From the NCBI RefSeq assembly GCF_009914755.1, contig NC_060930.1: 64,000 nt of DNA; one strand, 5' to 3'. Below the pieces are notes generated by a model. The model saw only the letters and a program-made list of their open reading frames with translations. It was not told the DNA's origin and searched no databases. Positions within the stretch are counted from its first letter, which is position 1; every line of letters begins with the position of its first letter. Shown here in pieces: positions 58,151 through 64,000 of the stretch. The stretch is from the human T2T-CHM13v2.0 reference genome, Homo sapiens. Position numbers and translations under genes: made by a program.

Positions 58151-58344
58151 TGTGTAATTTTGGTTATGGGGAAATACTTGAATAATGGAATTTTTTTTCG
58201 TAAATTTGGTGAAAACTGTAAATGCAAAGGTTCAAGAAATGCAACAAATCCCAAGACAGATAAACATATACACAAGAAGACACAAACATGCCAAAGCCCA
58301 TCATAATTAAAAGGCTGATAATAAGTGATGATGAGAAAAAAACT

Positions 58345-58444
58345 TTTCTTGTTGTTGTTTTTGTTTTGTTTTTTTGTTTTTTGTTTTGAGACAGGGTCTC
58401 ACTCTGTCGCCCAGGCTGGAGTGCAGTGGCGTGATCTCAGCTCA
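58345..58444 (-). mobile_element. Alu 3' stub (~57 bp plus tail)
   Basis: gagacagggtctcactctgtcgcccaggctggagtgcagtggcgtgatctcagctca, then an abrupt end. Confidence 0.85.
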
Positions 58445-58828
58445 GAAATTCTGTGAGTCAAAAGACATCTATAAAGTACTAAATGAAAAACACTCATGAC
58501 CTAGACATATCCAGCAGAAATATCCTTTACTAGATCCTTTAAAAATAAAGAAAAAATATAAAGTTATTTTAGACAAGCAAAAGTTGAAAAATATTTGTCA
58601 CTAGCAAATCTGTACTACAGAAATGTTAAAGGTTGTTCTTCAGGAAAATTATGTAATAAACTTAAATCTTTGCAAAGTATTGAAATTGAAAAGTACAGAA
58701 ATAGTAAATGTGAATAAACAAATATTTTTCTCATTTTTTGATTCCTTAAGAGATAATTGTCAGTAAAAAAAAAATCAATATATTATATGTTTTGTAATAC
58801 ATGTAGAAGTAAAGTCTATGCAAAAATA

Positions 58829-59188
58829 CAGGTTGAGTATCTGTTGGCCAAAATGCTGGGGACCAGAAGGGTTTTGAATTTTGGATTTTTTTGAATATTG
58901 GAATATTTGAATACACATAATGAGGTATCTTGGGAATGGGACCCAAGTCTAAACACAAAATTAATCCATGTTTTATATACACCTTATACACATATCCTGA
59001 AGGTAATTTTATGTAAAATATTTAATATTTTCGTGCATGAAACAAAGTTTGTATGCATTGAGTTGTAGAAGGCAAAGATGTCAGGTATGGAATTTTCCAC
59101 TTGAAGCATCAATTTGGTGCTCAAAATGTTTTGAATTTTGGAGCATTTCAAATTTCAGACAGAAAAGATGAAAAAGATGTATCCTGTT
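58829..59188. mobile_element. Tigger4b/MER46-like TcMar element
   Basis: ta-caggttgagtatc...gggacccaagtctaaacac...ttttggagcatttcaaatttcag. Confidence 0.8.
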
Positions 59189-59934
59189 GTACAGTTCTTA
59201 CTTTTCATAGGAAGAGGCATAATATTAATTGAAGGTAGACTGTGAAAAGTTAATGATGCATATTGTAAATCTTAAAGCAAACATTTTTAAAAATGGAGAG
59301 AGTAAGTCATAGTGCCAATGAAACAGACTAATATAAAATACTTGATTTATATAATAGAAGGCAGGAAAAGAGAAAAAAGAACTCAGAACAAGTGGGTCAA
59401 AGAGAACACAAATAGTAAGACGATGAATTTCAACATAACTGTATTGATAATTACATTAAACCCAAACGGTATAAACAGTCTAATTAAAAGGCAGAGATTG
59501 TAAGACCGAATAAAAAAATATGACCTGCTACTTACATACTGTCTACAAGAAATTCACTTTAAATATCAAAAAAGGATAAAAGTAAAAGGATGATAAAAGA
59601 TGTAACATGCAAACACTGATCATAATAAAGCTGAACTGTGTCTTTTAAGATTACATGGGAATTCAAAACAAGAAATATCACCAGGGATAAAGAGGGCATT
59701 TCATGAGACTAAAGTGTTCAATTTATCAAAATATCGTATCTGTTATCAGCCATAACAGACCTGAAGTCAACATTCACTAATTCTGTGATCTTAAAGCATG
59801 TGACTTCAGCTTTCTTAGTCTAAGTTCCTTAATTTTATAAAATGGGGTTACTGCTTGACAGGACCGTTGCTACTAAAAGTACTCTGAGTTCTATGTGAAA
59901 TATGAAATTATTTCTCTGCCCATTTTCATATGTT

Positions 59935-60820
<886 letters not shown>

Positions 60821-60870
60821 ACCCTCAGAAAGTGTACCCTGTCACGTTTTCCCATTCAGCTTGGCATAAA

Positions 60871-60950
60871 CAGAGAGAGGGAGGGAGGAAGGGGGGTGGA
60901 GAGAGAGAGAGAGAGAGAAAGAGAGGGGAGAGAGAGAACGTGAGAGGGAG
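60871..60950. repeat. GA-rich simple repeat
   Basis: (GA)n and GGGA runs. Confidence 0.9.
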
Positions 60951-61117
60951 TGTATTCCTGACATCTTTTTAGAGTACATTGTATCCATTTCTGCATTTCC
61001 ATATCTTTTCTTAAACTACTTTAATTTAAAAAAAGAGATAGAAGGAATCTACTCTATCCTCATCCCAATCAAGTTGGAGCTAACTTAAGACTTGCCAAAG
61101 ATAAAGAACCCCGCAGG

Positions 61118-61287
61118 AGCTGGGTGTGGTGGGTTATGCCTATAATTCCAGAGTTTTGGGGAGCCAAGGCAAGAGAATCCCTTGAGACCAGGAGTTCGAG
61201 GCTCCTGTGAGCTATGATTGCTCCATGGCACTCCACCCTGGGCAACAGACAGAGAGAGAGAGAGAGACCCTGCCTCTGAAAAAAAAG
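61118..61287 (+). mobile_element. Alu monomer (FRAM-like or recombined AluJ) with internal (AG)n
   Basis: Single arm ending gaccctgcctctgaaaaaaaa. Confidence 0.75.
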
Positions 61288-62710
61288 GAACTCCTCGGGC
61301 ACCTGAATTGTGCTGATGTTAACTCCTGTTTCAGTGGGAAAGTGTAAGACCTGTAAGGGGAACAAGAGGAATATTGGTCTCTCCTTGGGTTTTTCTCCAG
61401 GTGGCATGTCATTTTCCCCTCCATCAGCTGAAGTCTCTCATTCCACCCTAGGAAGTTGTTCTTGAACTCGGGCACAGGAGGAGTTTCCTTTCTGGGATGT
61501 TGAGCAAGTCCATTTTTACCTAATAACTTCATCCAATATTCATTCTTGGCTCTGAAAGCTGGTCCTCCCACGTGGTCTGCAAAACAACACACCCTCATCC
61601 TACTCTGCCTGTTTATGTCACTGCTTCATCTGACGAGTGTTTGTAATGGTCACATCTGTTGCTTATCTGCCTTGTAGGAGGCAGTGGAGATGACCAAGGT
61701 AATATGCATTCAAAGGAAAGGAAAACATGTCCCGCTCTGAGCCACACTCTTTTTCGGGGGCACAACATCACTGAAGTCATCATCTGCCCAGGATACCTCA
61801 TGATTTAATCATAAGAGATATCTTTTTACATGTAGGAAACTATAATTCCCGAAGAGTGAAGGGACTTAGTGAAAACACAATTGAAGATGTAAATAATCCA
61901 AACTTAGAACTCAAATTTCCAGATTGTAAGGACTCTGTTTAAAACACTACTGGCTCTCGGATGCCATGAGCACCTAAGAAAGTTGTATGAAGATGAGCAA
62001 GACCCAATTTCATATTTACACAAAATTGCAGTATTCTAGACACTAAAGTAAAGACAGAAATAATTCTTCTCATGGGGAAATGCATTTACTTAGGAGTAAG
62101 TCCATGTGTAACAATTTAAAAAATAATTTTATAGCCATTGACTTTACATTCATATCAGCTGAGTTCTAACCATGGTTTTAATTAAAAAAATAATATTTAT
62201 TCTTTTTTGGTTGAAAAAGCAATACAAGAACAATGTAAAATTTGAAATTGTAGAAAAAATGTATTATACAAAATGTAAGATGTAATGTAAAAAAATAAAA
62301 AGCACTGTTAAAGATAATCACTACTATAGTTTTGGTTAGTAAAATCCTCCAACTTTTCTGCCTATGTAATATAAAAATATTTATATGTTTTATATTATTT
62401 TCTATATTTAATTATATAAGTATATTGATAATTTATAATCATATATTATATAATTATATGTAAGTAATCATTATAAATATGTAATTATCATTATATTAAA
62501 ATGAGATTATTCCTACTTCTTTGAGAAAGCTCCTTTTTACACTTATTATGAAGCTTTTCCTGTGAAGTTATACAACCTGAGTTTTAATGAGTGTAAAGTA
62601 TTCTATTGGATGGTTGAACCATAATTTATGTAAATATTATATAATATTTATGTAAATAATATATTGTTGGGATATAAAGTAGTTTTTTTTAATGCTATTA
62701 ACAATGACCA

Positions 62711-62930
62711 TGACCAGCTTGGGCAACATGGCAAAACCCCATCTCCACAAAAACATTTTAAAAAATTAGCCAGGCATGGTAGCATGTACCTACAGTCCCA
62801 GCTACCCACTAGGCTGAGGTGGAAGGATCAGTTGAGCCTGAGAGATGAAGGCTACAGTGAGCCGTGATCATATCACTGCACTCCAGCCTGAATGACAGAG
62901 TGAGACTCAAATAAAACCCCAAACCCAAAA
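62711..62930 (+). mobile_element. 5'-truncated AluJ-like SINE
   Basis: gaccagcttgggcaacatggcaaaacccc...cactgcactccagcctg. Confidence 0.88.
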
Positions 62931-63286
62931 TGATTAAATTAATATTCAAATATTTGAATCTTTATGTACATTCACAATAGGTAAAATATGTACAAATTAA
63001 AGTTTAAACTTATTTACTAATAAGTTACCAAAATCAGGAGATTTTTGTTACATATTTCTGTATTTCCTCTAGAAAGATTTACCCCAATTTACAATCTTCA
63101 AGCACTGTCTGTTTACTTCTTTGTTGTGACTATGAGGAGTGCATTGGCCACAGACAACAGAAAACCTGACCACAGCAGTAAAAGTAAGAAGTCTGTTTTT
63201 CTCAGACCACAAGAAGGCCAGAGGTTATCAATCTTTTCATATTTTTCATTCAGTAGTGCTTCACATGCATTTGCCTATATACCACC

Positions 63287-63656
63287 TGTATTAGCCCATT
63301 CTCACACTGCTATAAAGAACTGCCAGAGACTGGGTAATTTATGAAGAGGTTTAATTGACTCACAGTTCCACGTGGCTGGGGAGGCCTCAGGAAACTTACA
63401 ATCATGATGGAAGGGAAAGCAAACACACCCTTCTTCACATGATGGCAGGAAGGAGAAGTGCCTAGCAAATGGGGGAAAGCCCCTTATAAAACCATCAGAT
63501 ATCGTGAGAACTCACTACCATGAGAAGAGCAGCATGGGGGTAACCAACCCCATGATTCAATTACCTCCCACTAGGTCCCTCCCATGACACATGGGGATTA
63601 TGGAAACTACAATTCAATATGAGATTTGGGTAAGGACATAGCCAAACCATACACAT
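63287..63656 (-). mobile_element. THE1D/MST-like solo LTR
   Basis: tgtattagcccattctcacactgctataaagaac...gccaaaccata. Confidence 0.9.
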
Positions 63657-63879
63657 CACACCATGCTTTTTAAAAGTTGACATCATCAAATGGCTATAAT
63701 TATACAATAATTTTATTCTAATCATTCCCTAATTTTCCTTTTTATGTTATTTTAATTAATCCTGTTTTGAACAGCTTTATGTATAATTTTTAGTTTACAT
63801 CTTGGATTATAAGAGTCCTATGACTAAGGATTTCTACCTATTTTGATACCGTGGTCTAGTATTCTAAATATTTTAAAAA

Positions 63880-64000
63880 TTTATTTTAAAATGAACTTTG
63901 TATTCTAGAATGGTCTTAGATTTATAGGGAAGTTGCAAAGATAGTACACAGGGTTCCCACAACCCTGCACCCAGTTTCTCTAATTGTTAACATCTTCCGT
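63880..64000 (-). mobile_element. L1M 3' end running off the window
   Basis: ttagatttatagggaagttgcaaagatagtaca...gttccc...cacccagtttc. Confidence 0.65.

Larger units (their letters stand above)
57600..59735 (+). mobile_element. Degraded L1M ORF1/ORF2 region with nested elements
   Basis: ORF 59312..59503 ends ITLNPNGINSLIKRQRL (ORF2 start-like); ctgtctacaagaaattcactttaaatat. Confidence 0.6.

Overview
Repeat-dense, AT-rich primate genomic DNA, almost certainly human because it carries an AluYa5 with all five diagnostic positions. I recognise no host protein-coding exon or RNA gene. The longer ORFs are L1 ORF1/ORF2 remnants; the rest are Alu/LTR read-throughs or chance ORFs. The window holds about 18 Alus, several L1PA/L1PB/L1M pieces, MaLR LTRs (THE1, MLT1), MLT2 LTRs, a deleted ERVL (LTR16-type) provirus, DNA transposon relics, L2 and MIR. 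I found no new gene system. The notable signal is structural. (i) A 5'-intact, poly(A)-less L1 (36164-40289) sits inside another L1 between 15-bp direct repeats. The same chimeric junction, with shared private mutations, recurs 18 kb away in an inverted L1 with a different 5'UTR (21708-25971), which points to sequence transfer between inverted L1s. (ii) There are several independent local templated-insertion scars, including a 416-bp inverted copy and a 90-bp copy inside a tandem duplication. (iii) There are two tail-to-tail L1 fold-backs. (iv) A candidate intron lies just downstream of an L1 antisense promoter. Subfamily names come from remembered consensus features, identities were counted by hand, and boundaries of old repeats are approximate.
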